64,000 nt of DNA from a virus (Duplodnaviria > Caudoviricetes), in IMG/VR virus record IMGVR_UViG_2706795719_000001, positions 1 through 64,000 of that record; one strand, given 5' to 3'. Position numbers and translations under genes: made by a program. Shown in pieces: positions 19,211 to 27,820 of this stretch; position 1 is the first letter of the stretch; each line of letters begins with the position of its first letter. The notes beneath the pieces are model-generated. The model saw nothing but the letters and a program-made list of their open reading frames with translations, made no database searches and was not told the origin of the DNA.

Positions 19211-19830
19211 AATTCTTCCATAGATTCCAATTCATCCATAGTAGAAGCAACAGAACTATCAGAGAAAACATGTTCTTCTACTTCAAGATTCATTAACTCT
19301 TCTACTTCTTGTTCTACTGATTCATCATTAACCATTTGTCCAAGTTTATATCGGTTTTCAATAGCTTCACGGAATGGAGCATGTTTCAATAAAGGTCCCC
19401 AGAAAGCAACACATCTTGTGTCTTTAGCTCGCCAATTCTTTTCTTCAGGAACCATTTCACCAGTTTCTTTATTTAAAAATGCTTGAGTATACCAACCGTT
19501 TTTAGGTTTAACAACAAATCCTAATTCTAGACCCATATCAAGTAATCCAGAATAAGGGTCAATACCACCATCAAATGTAACATCAATAAAGAATTTAGAT
19601 TTTTCTTTTACTGTACGAGATTTTTCGACATTTAATACAAATTGATAACCTTGTAAATCAGTACCATCTTTAATTTGTCTACGTCCAATAATATACACAT
19701 TATCAGCAGAATACATCACACCGGTATTATGTGTAACTACGCCGTTTTCTAATACATAGTGTTCTACATCTTTTACGGATAAATCGTATACTTCTTTTTT
19801 ACCTACGCGATTAATATTTTTAATTTTCAT
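19207..19830 (-). CDS. uvsX: UvsX C-terminal half preceded by a 35-aa C-intein (19830-19726)
   Basis: VYDLSV..HYVLENGVVTHN/T intein F and G blocks, then TGVMYSADNVYIIGRRQIKDG of UvsX. Confidence 0.93.
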   Translation of the reverse strand: MKIKNINRVGKKEVYDLSVKDVEHYVLENGVVTHNTGVMYSADNVYIIGRRQIKDGTDLQGYQFVLNVEKSRTVKEKSKFFIDVTFDGGIDPYSGLLDMGLELGFVVKPKNGWYTQAFLNKETGEMVPEEKNWRAKDTRCVAFWGPLLKHAPFREAIENRYKLGQMVNDESVEQEVEELMNLEVEEHVFSDSSVASTMDELESMEEL

Positions 19831-19844
19831 TACTTACCTTTATT

Positions 19845-20567
19845 CTATTGTGGTAATATGTCGTAAGACCATCCTTCACATCCACGTTTTATTTTAGAAA
19901 TGATTGTATTTGGGTTAATGTTTAATATCCTAGATGCAGGTCTTACACCTCTATACTTAACGCCATTAATTATAACCGGTTTTTGACGTGGGTGTGAATT
20001 TTTTAGTCTTTGTTTGGCCTTTTCCGATATTCTATTAATGGTTTCTTTACTATGAGTCTTTCCATAAAACCCATTATTTTCACCTGATACGCTTTTTGAT
20101 ATATTAGATTTATGGCAATTAGATAACTTTTTACCATATGTAACGCCAACGTATTCTCCTGATTTGACTAATGGGTGGTTACGTTCGAGTCTAATACATT
20201 TACCAGTTTTAATGTGTTTGTATGTTGCATATTTTGAATTACAATATGAATTATGGGAACACGCATAATCTAAATTAAAATATTCTGGGTTGGTTTTTGC
20301 CTTGACTTCTTTTTGATATTTAGATTCTATTTTTAATAATTCAGAATGCGTAATAGTCTCATATTTTTCTAATATAACAACTTCTACACTGTCATCAATA
20401 AAATCATAGTAATTTTTATATTTAGATGACCCATAGTATTCTTTACCATCAGAACAAATGATTTTGTTATTTACATAAGAAGCATTAGTTTTACTTCCTA
20501 TGTAATAATATGGCATTGTTTTATTTTTAATACGATTATTAAATATTACTTTATACACAAAATTCAT
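19845..20567 (-). mobile_element. free-standing GIY-YIG (Seg-like) homing endonuclease with NUMOD3-like DNA-binding motifs
   Basis: FVYKV...YYIGSK, YYGSS, E..YQ and YFN; GENNGFYGKTHSKET motif. Confidence 0.85.
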
Positions 20568-20608
20568 AGATACCTCGATTGTACATTACTCCGGTATCTA
20601 TATTTAAT
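20566..20608 (-). promoter_or_regulatory. RBS-occluding hairpin with an adjacent late-promoter-like element
   Basis: AUAGAUACC/GGUAUCUAU 9-bp stem covering part of the GAGG SD and the AUG; ATTAAATA at 20608-20601. Confidence 0.55.
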
Positions 20609-20610
20609 AC

Positions 20611-21534
20611 TTATTTTATCGCACAATCCATACCAACTAATAAATCTTTGGCTTCTACCCATGTTGGGATGTCTTTTACCATTACTAAGAATTTATGGGT
20701 ATCTGAAACAGTTACTTTATATCCATCTTCAAATTCGATTTCTATACATTCAGGGGTTCCTTCAGCTAAAGTTTCAGGGTCCCAAATATAAGTAACTTCA
20801 TTATCACCAACTAAAGTTTTAACTCTATCACCAGGTTTAATATCTTCTACATTTTTAGTAGAACCATCAGCCATTTTAATCTTAGTTCCAGCAACAACAC
20901 AACCACCGGTCATAACGGTTTTACTGAACATTTCAATTGTTTCAATGGTATGATTAATACCTACACACGGAATATCCTTTAAAGTAAAATATGGAGTAGC
21001 CATACGGAACAATGATTTTAACTGCTTAGCCCGTGTCATATCAGCGACAGATTTTTCATTTAAAGCATCTTCAACTTCTTTCTTAGAAGCTAAGTTACCA
21101 ATAGAGTCAATAAAGACTATAACTTTTTCACCACGTTCGATGGCTTCTAATTGATTAATCATATCAATTTTAAGTTCTTCTACGTTTTTAACTGGAGTAT
21201 GAACAACTCTGTCTGGGTCAACGCCCATAGAACGTAAATATGCACTTGTGATACCAAATTCTGAATCATAAAATAAACAAATTGCATCAGGATATGCATT
21301 CATATATGCTGCTACTAATGTAAGACCCATATTAGATTTAAAGTGTTTACTTGGACCGGCTAAAATAGTAATACCAGATTGAAGTCCACCATTAATAATA
21401 CCAGATAATGCAATATTCAAAGTAGGAATCTTAGTTCTAACAACCGATTTCTCATTGAAGAATTTAGATTCGCTAAGAACAGAAGTCATTTTATTAGTAG
21501 AAGCTTTCATTAAACGTTTTTTTAAGTCTGACAT
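20611..21534 (-). CDS. uvsX: UvsX N-terminal half (211 aa) followed by a 96-aa N-intein (Cys1 at 20901)
   Basis: GPSKHFKS P-loop and DSIGNLAS; ...SKTVMTGG/CVVAGTKIKMADG (block A), VTVSDTHKFL..WVEAKDL (block B). Confidence 0.93.
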   Translation of the reverse strand: MSDLKKRLMKASTNKMTSVLSESKFFNEKSVVRTKIPTLNIALSGIINGGLQSGITILAGPSKHFKSNMGLTLVAAYMNAYPDAICLFYDSEFGITSAYLRSMGVDPDRVVHTPVKNVEELKIDMINQLEAIERGEKVIVFIDSIGNLASKKEVEDALNEKSVADMTRAKQLKSLFRMATPYFTLKDIPCVGINHTIETIEMFSKTVMTGGCVVAGTKIKMADGSTKNVEDIKPGDRVKTLVGDNEVTYIWDPETLAEGTPECIEIEFEDGYKVTVSDTHKFLVMVKDIPTWVEAKDLLVGMDCAIK

Positions 21535-21583
21535 TTTTTATCCTTTAAAAATGACAAACATAATATTTTACTCAAATCACTAA

Positions 21584-22498
21584 TTAGATTTCCCAAATAG
21601 GGCCTTTAACAATAATATCTTCATATGACGGTAATGCATAAATACATTGTACATTACATTTAAAATATATAAATTCTGCTAAACCCGGATGGAACACCTT
21701 TTCAGGATTTTCTTCATATATAATATTAGGTTTAGCTTTTAATGCATGGTAATATTCTGATTTATTTAATTTTAATAATTCACAGTCAGGATATTTTTCT
21801 TTATCCCAAGAATCATTAGGGTCTGTTATAATCAATTTAAGATTATATCTTTTGCATGAATTATATACATAATCGAAATCATAGCACTTGTCTGATATTC
21901 TAAATGGAAAAAATATTGTATTCTTCCAATCAAAGCCTATACAGGATTGTTGCATAAACTTCTCAGGAACACCAGGAGCAATTACTTCTTGTGTAACAAT
22001 GATTTTATCAGACAAAGCTCCATGAGACACTAGAACATCTTTCTGGCACTTATTAAGAACCGTTGTGTAAATACTTCTATTTACAGAATCAACATCTTCT
22101 TGAATAAATTCATCAATATATTCTCTTGGGTGTTTAGGGTCTTTTGTGATATTAAAATTGAAAAAGACCGGAAACGTTCCTTTATATCCTGTTATATCGC
22201 TTACTACAGCATCACAATTATAAAAATTAGCTAAAGAATCTACCATAAATGTATTGTATTCCCAGAATGTTTTTCTGGATTTATAAGCATTTTCTTGATA
22301 AACAGCTTCTTCAAAAATAATATCAGGAAAATATTCTTGTAATTCCTCTGAATCTTCACATTGTAAAGAATGTGGAATAACAATAACATCACCTTTTTGG
22401 TGCCGATTTAAATGTAATTGAAGATTTCCGTCTTTTAACAGGGAATATTTCCCTGTTTTATAAGACCTCATAGAATACATTGGTACAATGAGATTCAT
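21584..22498 (-). CDS. putative DNA glycosyltransferase (arabinosyltransferase-like)
   Basis: occupies the beta-gt position next to the TS homolog; Rossmann-like strands, IFFPFRISD and FHPGLAE motifs; function inferred from context. Confidence 0.55.
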   Translation of the reverse strand: MNLIVPMYSMRSYKTGKYSLLKDGNLQLHLNRHQKGDVIVIPHSLQCEDSEELQEYFPDIIFEEAVYQENAYKSRKTFWEYNTFMVDSLANFYNCDAVVSDITGYKGTFPVFFNFNITKDPKHPREYIDEFIQEDVDSVNRSIYTTVLNKCQKDVLVSHGALSDKIIVTQEVIAPGVPEKFMQQSCIGFDWKNTIFFPFRISDKCYDFDYVYNSCKRYNLKLIITDPNDSWDKEKYPDCELLKLNKSEYYHALKAKPNIIYEENPEKVFHPGLAEFIYFKCNVQCIYALPSYEDIIVKGPIWEI

Positions 22499-22506
22499 AA
22501 TAATCC

Positions 22507-23196
22507 TTATAGAAAAGATTCTACATATTTTATATCACGTTCAAATACATGTGCAGAAACCATAGAATGTGTGTAATGACCTAAAGAAACACCACATTCT
22601 TTTGCAATGTATTCCATTAATTTACCTTGTAAATAAATATCAAGTTGTAATACTACTGCACAATTCTGTGAACGCATATGGGTGTGAGTATATAATTTAC
22701 CATTACGAATATAATATGTTATAGAATCTGTACAAGGGTATTCTAATGATTCATCTGAATCTAATAAAGCCTGGTCTTGTTCTTGAAGAATTTGGAATAC
22801 CACTCTTCGAGAGTTAGGTTTTTCTTTAAGTTCTTTAAGCAAGGCAGGTAATTGGGCCAAAATTCTAGGTCCATAAAAAGTATTGAAGTTTGCTGGCAAT
22901 ACGTCACTTTTTGGTTTACTAATAAATTTAGCTACATTTGGATATTCTTTAAATGCTTCTTCTGCATCAGTTCCACCAGAAATCATAAATTGCCAAAAAT
23001 CTTCAGCGTATTTGTAATCAATACGGTTTATTAAAAGGTCTTCAAATTTATATGTAGAAGGGTCCATTACTCGAAAACAAAGTGAGCCAATTTCTCGACA
23101 TTCGCCAATTCTAGACTCAGTAATAAAGTCATATTCAGAAATGACTAAATCGTTAACAACCTTAAAAGCTTCTTCAAATGTTTGTTTAACAATCAT
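22507..23196 (-). CDS. thymidylate-synthase-family dCMP-modifying enzyme (gp42 position)
   Basis: YGPRI, NSRR, catalytic YPC, MRSQN...LD (Asp at the dCMP-specificity site) and SAHVFE. Confidence 0.85.
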   Translation of the reverse strand: MIVKQTFEEAFKVVNDLVISEYDFITESRIGECREIGSLCFRVMDPSTYKFEDLLINRIDYKYAEDFWQFMISGGTDAEEAFKEYPNVAKFISKPKSDVLPANFNTFYGPRILAQLPALLKELKEKPNSRRVVFQILQEQDQALLDSDESLEYPCTDSITYYIRNGKLYTHTHMRSQNCAVVLQLDIYLQGKLMEYIAKECGVSLGHYTHSMVSAHVFERDIKYVESFL

Positions 23197-23579
23197 AAAA
23201 GTCCTTGTAATTTTTTAGAATATTGCATTAAAAATATAATTAATGGCTGTGCTTCTGGAGGAGTATTTAATAATTTCTTTTCTTCTACTTGTCCATTATA
23301 TATCGGTAAATGATTAGCTTTTTTGGTTTGTCCAATTTTAATTGCTAATTTATTCCGTTTATTAAAAAGATCAATCATTTGTTTATCTATTTCTTCGATA
23401 GATTTTCTATCTTTTTCTAAAGATTCTTTATCATTCAGATCTTTAATCCAGTCTTTAGCCATTGAAGAAGAAATATTTTTAATTAATTCTTTAGGAATTG
23501 GCGGAATATCAATTCCAGGATAATCCTTATTTAAGAATATTTTTGGTGTTCTTGGTGGCCAAAATGATTCACATTTCAT
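23193..23579 (-). CDS. AroQ (type II) chorismate mutase domain protein
   Basis: LEKDRKSIEEIDKQMIDLFNKRNKLAIKIGQTKKANHLPIYNGQVEE...YSKKLQ keeps the spacing of E. coli CM R11, R28, K39, E52 and the S84/Q88 pair; GAGG SD before ATG 23579. Confidence 0.78.
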   Translation of the reverse strand: MKCESFWPPRTPKIFLNKDYPGIDIPPIPKELIKNISSSMAKDWIKDLNDKESLEKDRKSIEEIDKQMIDLFNKRNKLAIKIGQTKKANHLPIYNGQVEEKKLLNTPPEAQPLIIFLMQYSKKLQGLL

Positions 23580-23635
23580 GAGAAACCTCAATTTTTATAA
23601 GAATAAAGTAATATCATCATTAAATTTAATTAGCA

Positions 23636-23815
23636 TTATTTACCTAATATTTTACCGGAAGGGCCATCATACAAAGAGGCTTTTATAATAAAACCTTTTA
23701 GATCGTGGTTGTATTTTTTGAATTTAGTTATTTCACTCATAAACATAATAGATGAAACAATTTCGCCATGGGTCATAATAGCAGGCACAAGCCTGCTCAA
23801 TAAAGTTTTCTTCAT
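23636..23815 (-). CDS. small hypothetical protein in the modification cluster
   Basis: 59-aa ORF from ATG 23815 with GGAG SD. Confidence 0.5.
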   Translation of the reverse strand: MKKTLLSRLVPAIMTHGEIVSSIMFMSEITKFKKYNHDLKGFIIKASLYDGPSGKILGK

Positions 23816-23816
23816 A

Positions 23817-24983
23817 TCAATTCTCCGGATATCTTTCTTCATCATCGGCACCGTCTAAAACCTTGATTTCTATTTCATCAGGTTTACGATCATTTTTAGA
23901 TAATTGTCGTTTATAATACCGTTCACAATATTTACATGTCGTACCACAGATTTCATTAGCACAATCAAAATCAGGATGTTTAAACCAACGTTTATTTAAA
24001 AATCCATCTAATAAAGAAGTTTCTAAATATACTTGGTGTTGATGGTCTAATTCTGATTGACCATTATAAATTGTTTCTAATGGTTTCCAGAGCTCTAATA
24101 AATTACCTTCAAACTTTTCTGATGCATAAGCTTCTAGAACTTTAACAATATATTCTGTTGTTCCAGTACGGCCCGATACTTTAAACTGAGAAATACCAAT
24201 AGAACGGTATAGCTCAAGATCTTGTGGACGAATAAATCTTGTACGAAGCCAATTAAATGGGTCAGTATCACGAGCTTTAATACAGTGTTGCATTGGATAT
24301 CCACCTAAAGATTGAGCATCTTCTGCTGTTATATCTGTACTATGAAAAATATAACATGAATCACGGTAAGAGCAATGAGTTGTATATCCTTTACCTGCAT
24401 TTGAACAGAATTCGTTTACAAGCAATTCAAATATGATTCCATTCTTATTGCAAAACTCTGCGGCTCGTTTTAAAAACGAAACACTTCGGTTTTTATGAAT
24501 ACCACAACAAACTTTCTTAATATTATATTGGTCATGAAGATATTTGATTTGTGTTACGGCATCAACATGAAGAATAGTAGAAACTTCAAATTGAATTTCT
24601 TTATTAACTTCACGAATAATTTCCATAATAATTGGATTAGCAACCGTTACACGATAAACACCTATACTCCATAGATATTGAACATAATCTTGGATGGCTT
24701 TCTTTTTCCATTCCTGTAACTCTCTTTTAGAGCCAGGGTTAATAGTGTTCAGTGTGTAATTGAAACATATTCCTAAGTCATTGCAACGTTGTACGTATGT
24801 TTCTAGTTGTTCATTTTTTACATCAGGTAATCTAAAATCAGGTCTGGCCGCAGCAAAAGCCATATCTCGTGTGCTACCATACACTTCATTAATAATACTA
24901 TTAGGGTATTTCTTGTTTAATTCAACAATTTTATCAAGAAGAGTTAAATCAAAATTAGTCCCAACTTTAAATGTATTTTTCAT
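23817..24983 (-). CDS. peptidase U32-family Fe-S hydroxylase
   Basis: FNYTLN, EVSTI, ELLVNEFC..C..C..C, FIRPQDL and FKVSGR motifs. Confidence 0.88.
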   Translation of the reverse strand: MKNTFKVGTNFDLTLLDKIVELNKKYPNSIINEVYGSTRDMAFAAARPDFRLPDVKNEQLETYVQRCNDLGICFNYTLNTINPGSKRELQEWKKKAIQDYVQYLWSIGVYRVTVANPIIMEIIREVNKEIQFEVSTILHVDAVTQIKYLHDQYNIKKVCCGIHKNRSVSFLKRAAEFCNKNGIIFELLVNEFCSNAGKGYTTHCSYRDSCYIFHSTDITAEDAQSLGGYPMQHCIKARDTDPFNWLRTRFIRPQDLELYRSIGISQFKVSGRTGTTEYIVKVLEAYASEKFEGNLLELWKPLETIYNGQSELDHQHQVYLETSLLDGFLNKRWFKHPDFDCANEICGTTCKYCERYYKRQLSKNDRKPDEIEIKVLDGADDEERYPEN

Positions 24984-25000
24984 TTTGTTCCTTATTTACA

Positions 25001-25021
25001 AATAAAGGCCTTTCGGCCTTT
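25001..25021 (-). terminator. intrinsic terminator or processing hairpin
   Basis: AAAGGCC-GAAA-GGCCUUU followed by AUUU. Confidence 0.65.
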
Positions 25022-25023
25022 AA

Positions 25024-25227
25024 TTATTTTTTTAATTGTGCTGTGACTTCATCTAATTTTGTAGACATATCTTTAAAAGTAATGTCATTTCCTTGCAGAC
25101 TTGACACAATAGTTGACACTAAAACAACAAAGGATAATAAAACACCTACACAAAAAACAAAAACTGAACTTGCGGCACCAATAAGAAGGCCAAGAACTAA
25201 ATTTTTAAAATATTTTAATACTTTCAT
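25024..25227 (-). CDS. small membrane protein
   Basis: long hydrophobic segment LVLGLLIG...VSTIV. Confidence 0.55.
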   Translation of the reverse strand: MKVLKYFKNLVLGLLIGAASSVFVFCVGVLLSFVVLVSTIVSSLQGNDITFKDMSTKLDEVTAQLKK

Positions 25228-25788
25228 TTATTGTCCTAATTTAGAATTAATATAGTTAATAACAGAATCGTACGGAGCTGCATCTAAAACATTATTTTTA
25301 GAATCATGCTCTACCAGTTTAAATGTTTGGATGTTCATATTATCATAAAATAAATCATAGACCGAAATAATGTCATTGAATTCATCTTTGGATAATTTGA
25401 TTAAATCATCTTCAAAGTCTTCGCCTAATCTATTACGAGTTAGACCTACAACAAGACATTTTGATCTTAATTTAATTAAATCTTTTACATAGTTATTAAA
25501 AGATTCTTGATTTTCTTTAATAATAAATGATTTGTTATGATGTTTACGATAGATATAATAAACCATATTACTTAAAAAGCAACGATCCAATACATATTTT
25601 TTAGTAGGGTCTAAGTGTTCAAGTAAAGTTTCAAAAATAGCTACTTCGCTTCTTGTGACTATAGTAAACAATCCTTCAGAAGTCTTTTTAGGGAATTCTA
25701 TTAAAGTGAACCCTTCATTTTCTACTAAATGTTGTATTAATGTAGTTTTACCTGAATTATCAGGTCCTTCAATAGCAACAATATTCAT
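25228..25788 (-). CDS. thymidylate-kinase-like dNMP kinase
   Basis: IEGPDNSGKTT P-loop and VLDR..LS..VY. Confidence 0.85.
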   Translation of the reverse strand: MNIVAIEGPDNSGKTTLIQHLVENEGFTLIEFPKKTSEGLFTIVTRSEVAIFETLLEHLDPTKKYVLDRCFLSNMVYYIYRKHHNKSFIIKENQESFNNYVKDLIKLRSKCLVVGLTRNRLGEDFEDDLIKLSKDEFNDIISVYDLFYDNMNIQTFKLVEHDSKNNVLDAAPYDSVINYINSKLGQ

Positions 25789-26151
25789 TTTATCTCCGGA
25801 ACGTATGGTTTGTAATTAGATAAGCCAGATTTAGCAAGCTTTTTGAATGTACCAGGGTCCATAGCCTTATCATCTACAATTAAATCGTAAAACGGCTTAT
25901 GAGTTAATAGATTGTGATATTTTAATCCAATAGATTCTAAATTAGAAACCAGTGATGGAACAATTTCTGTAGCAATTTTACCAGGACCTACTGAAGTCAT
26001 ACCACGAGCGGTGTATAATGTTATAGTATGACCTTCATCATAAAGGTCATTAATAATTTTTACCATTTCTGGGTCTGGTTTAAAATTTTCATAATCCCTA
26101 TTGGTATTCCATAGGGTTATTGTATTATCTATGTACAAAAAATAAATTCAT
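25785..26151 (-). CDS. HAD-family sugar-phosphate phosphatase with an apparent +1 frameshift in codon 6
   Basis: ATG at 26151 reads MNLFF-GTAC-ATA-GAT; removing one T gives MNLFFDIDNTI (DxDxT); LYTARG and KP.YDLIVDDKA motifs intact. Confidence 0.75.
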
Positions 26152-26218
26152 TGCTACTTTAGTCCACTTAGTTTAAAATAATTACTTAAACTTCCGGATT
26201 GGTTTATTATTTTACCAC

Positions 26219-27820
26219 CTAGTTTACTAAATCATGCAAAATCCATTTTTCAGGGCATTTGGTAATAATAGAAAGTGTAACACCATTTTTTAATTCAGGA
26301 ACCTGTTCACCTGATTTTAAAGTTCTTGATTTAGGAATATCTTTTAATAAAAGGGAAAGTTTGTATAAGCCGTTATAATATGCACCCAAAGCTTTTAAAG
26401 GGTTATTTTTAAAATATCCGGCTAAAGCCATCCAAATAACAGCAATCCATAATTTGTGTTTAAATGTACACATAGGAATGTCATCTAAAGGCATAATTGG
26501 TTTAACATCAACAAATACTTTCTTTCCAACAAGACACAATCCACCCCATAGTGGGTCGGAATTAAATTCGTCATATCCGTCAATAGAATATAAAACTTTG
26601 GCTTCGTCGTAAATAGCCGGACCTTTTACAGAATTTCCGAAATATCCACGTGGGTCAATTATTTTAATATCACCTTTATCACTAAACAAAATATTGCTAT
26701 AATGTGGATCACCATGGATAAATTGATATGGTTCTTTTTTATCAGATAAAATTTCCAATGCATGTTTTAGTAATTCTTCAGGGTCTGAAACTTTAACATC
26801 ATTGACATGAGTTACACCATTTGGTGCAAATCCTTTAATTAAAGGTGCAATAGATTCGTTTCTAATTAAAACTTTATCAAGAACTTCTTTTTTAACATCA
26901 GAATACCAGGTTTCATCTTCAGGGATAATTGGGTCACCACTAATAGATTTTAATGCAGATATAACTTTATATACCATAAGAATTTGGCTTTCTTTAGTCA
27001 TTAACTTATAGGCTTCAGCCATTGTTAAGCCGTAAATACGTTCCATTTTAATAAATTCATTAGGCTTAAAATCAAAAATAGTAGGAATGAATTTAGAATC
27101 TACATTAGAGTACCAATTCATTTCTTTTTGTTGCATTTGTTTGCCAAATTCGTTGGTTGGGATTTTGAATACAACTTCACCATCGAATTCTAATTTATTA
27201 AAGTCCCGGTTTATTTCTGATTCTTCATGGGCTTTAGCTAATTTTTCTTTATCACCGATATCAATAACCTTAGGTAATTTAAATTCTTCCATTTTAAATG
27301 GCATATTATTGATATTATCAGCTAAATCTTCTCCATAAGGCCCTTTAAATCCTTCCCAATTTTTAATTTGATACATTCCTACTACGCCACCACCTGTACC
27401 AACTTCATTAAATTTATTATCGACAAATTCAAATCGGCAATCGGTTCCAAATGTGTAGCAATAATTATGACCCCAATCAACAATATGATTTTCTGGGATA
27501 ATATCACACCAGTTAAAAACTATATTATGGCCAATAATATCGTCTTTAATAGAATCTATAGCATGGGCACTTCCAAAAGAAACATCCACATTTCTAATAG
27601 TAATATCTGGAAGACCCATTGTTTTAATATAACCTTTAACAAGGGTGTTATATTTGCTATGGATAACTAAGATAATCTCATCCGATTGAGGTGAATATAA
27701 ATCAACCAGGTGTTTTAAGACCGTATGTTGTTTATAGTTAACCATAACTTTAGGAATTTCGCTTGTTATAGGATATAAACGCGAACCTAAACCCGAACTT
27801 AATATGACAACTTTCTTCAT
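26219..27820 (-). CDS. bifunctional NTP-sugar nucleotidyltransferase / APH-choline-kinase-like sugar kinase
   Basis: VVILSSGLGSRLYP..PK N-terminal motif; IHGDPHYSNIL..IIDPRGYFG C-terminal kinase motifs. Confidence 0.85.
   Translation of the reverse strand: MKKVVILSSGLGSRLYPITSEIPKVMVNYKQHTVLKHLVDLYSPQSDEIILVIHSKYNTLVKGYIKTMGLPDITIRNVDVSFGSAHAIDSIKDDIIGHNIVFNWCDIIPENHIVDWGHNYCYTFGTDCRFEFVDNKFNEVGTGGGVVGMYQIKNWEGFKGPYGEDLADNINNMPFKMEEFKLPKVIDIGDKEKLAKAHEESEINRDFNKLEFDGEVVFKIPTNEFGKQMQQKEMNWYSNVDSKFIPTIFDFKPNEFIKMERIYGLTMAEAYKLMTKESQILMVYKVISALKSISGDPIIPEDETWYSDVKKEVLDKVLIRNESIAPLIKGFAPNGVTHVNDVKVSDPEELLKHALEILSDKKEPYQFIHGDPHYSNILFSDKGDIKIIDPRGYFGNSVKGPAIYDEAKVLYSIDGYDEFNSDPLWGGLCLVGKKVFVDVKPIMPLDDIPMCTFKHKLWIAVIWMALAGYFKNNPLKALGAYYNGLYKLSLLLKDIPKSRTLKSGEQVPELKNGVTLSIITKCPEKWILHDLVN

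Noticed and set aside
19831-20610. Group I intron interrupting uvsX
   Set aside because: The non-coding flanks are only about 14 and 43 nt, too short for a ribozyme core; intein motifs explain the split
22507-23196. Canonical thymidylate synthase (td) or a T4-type glucosyl-hmC system
   Set aside because: Asp at the specificity site, RSQN motif and U32 context; no alpha- or beta-glucosyltransferase recognised in their T4 positions
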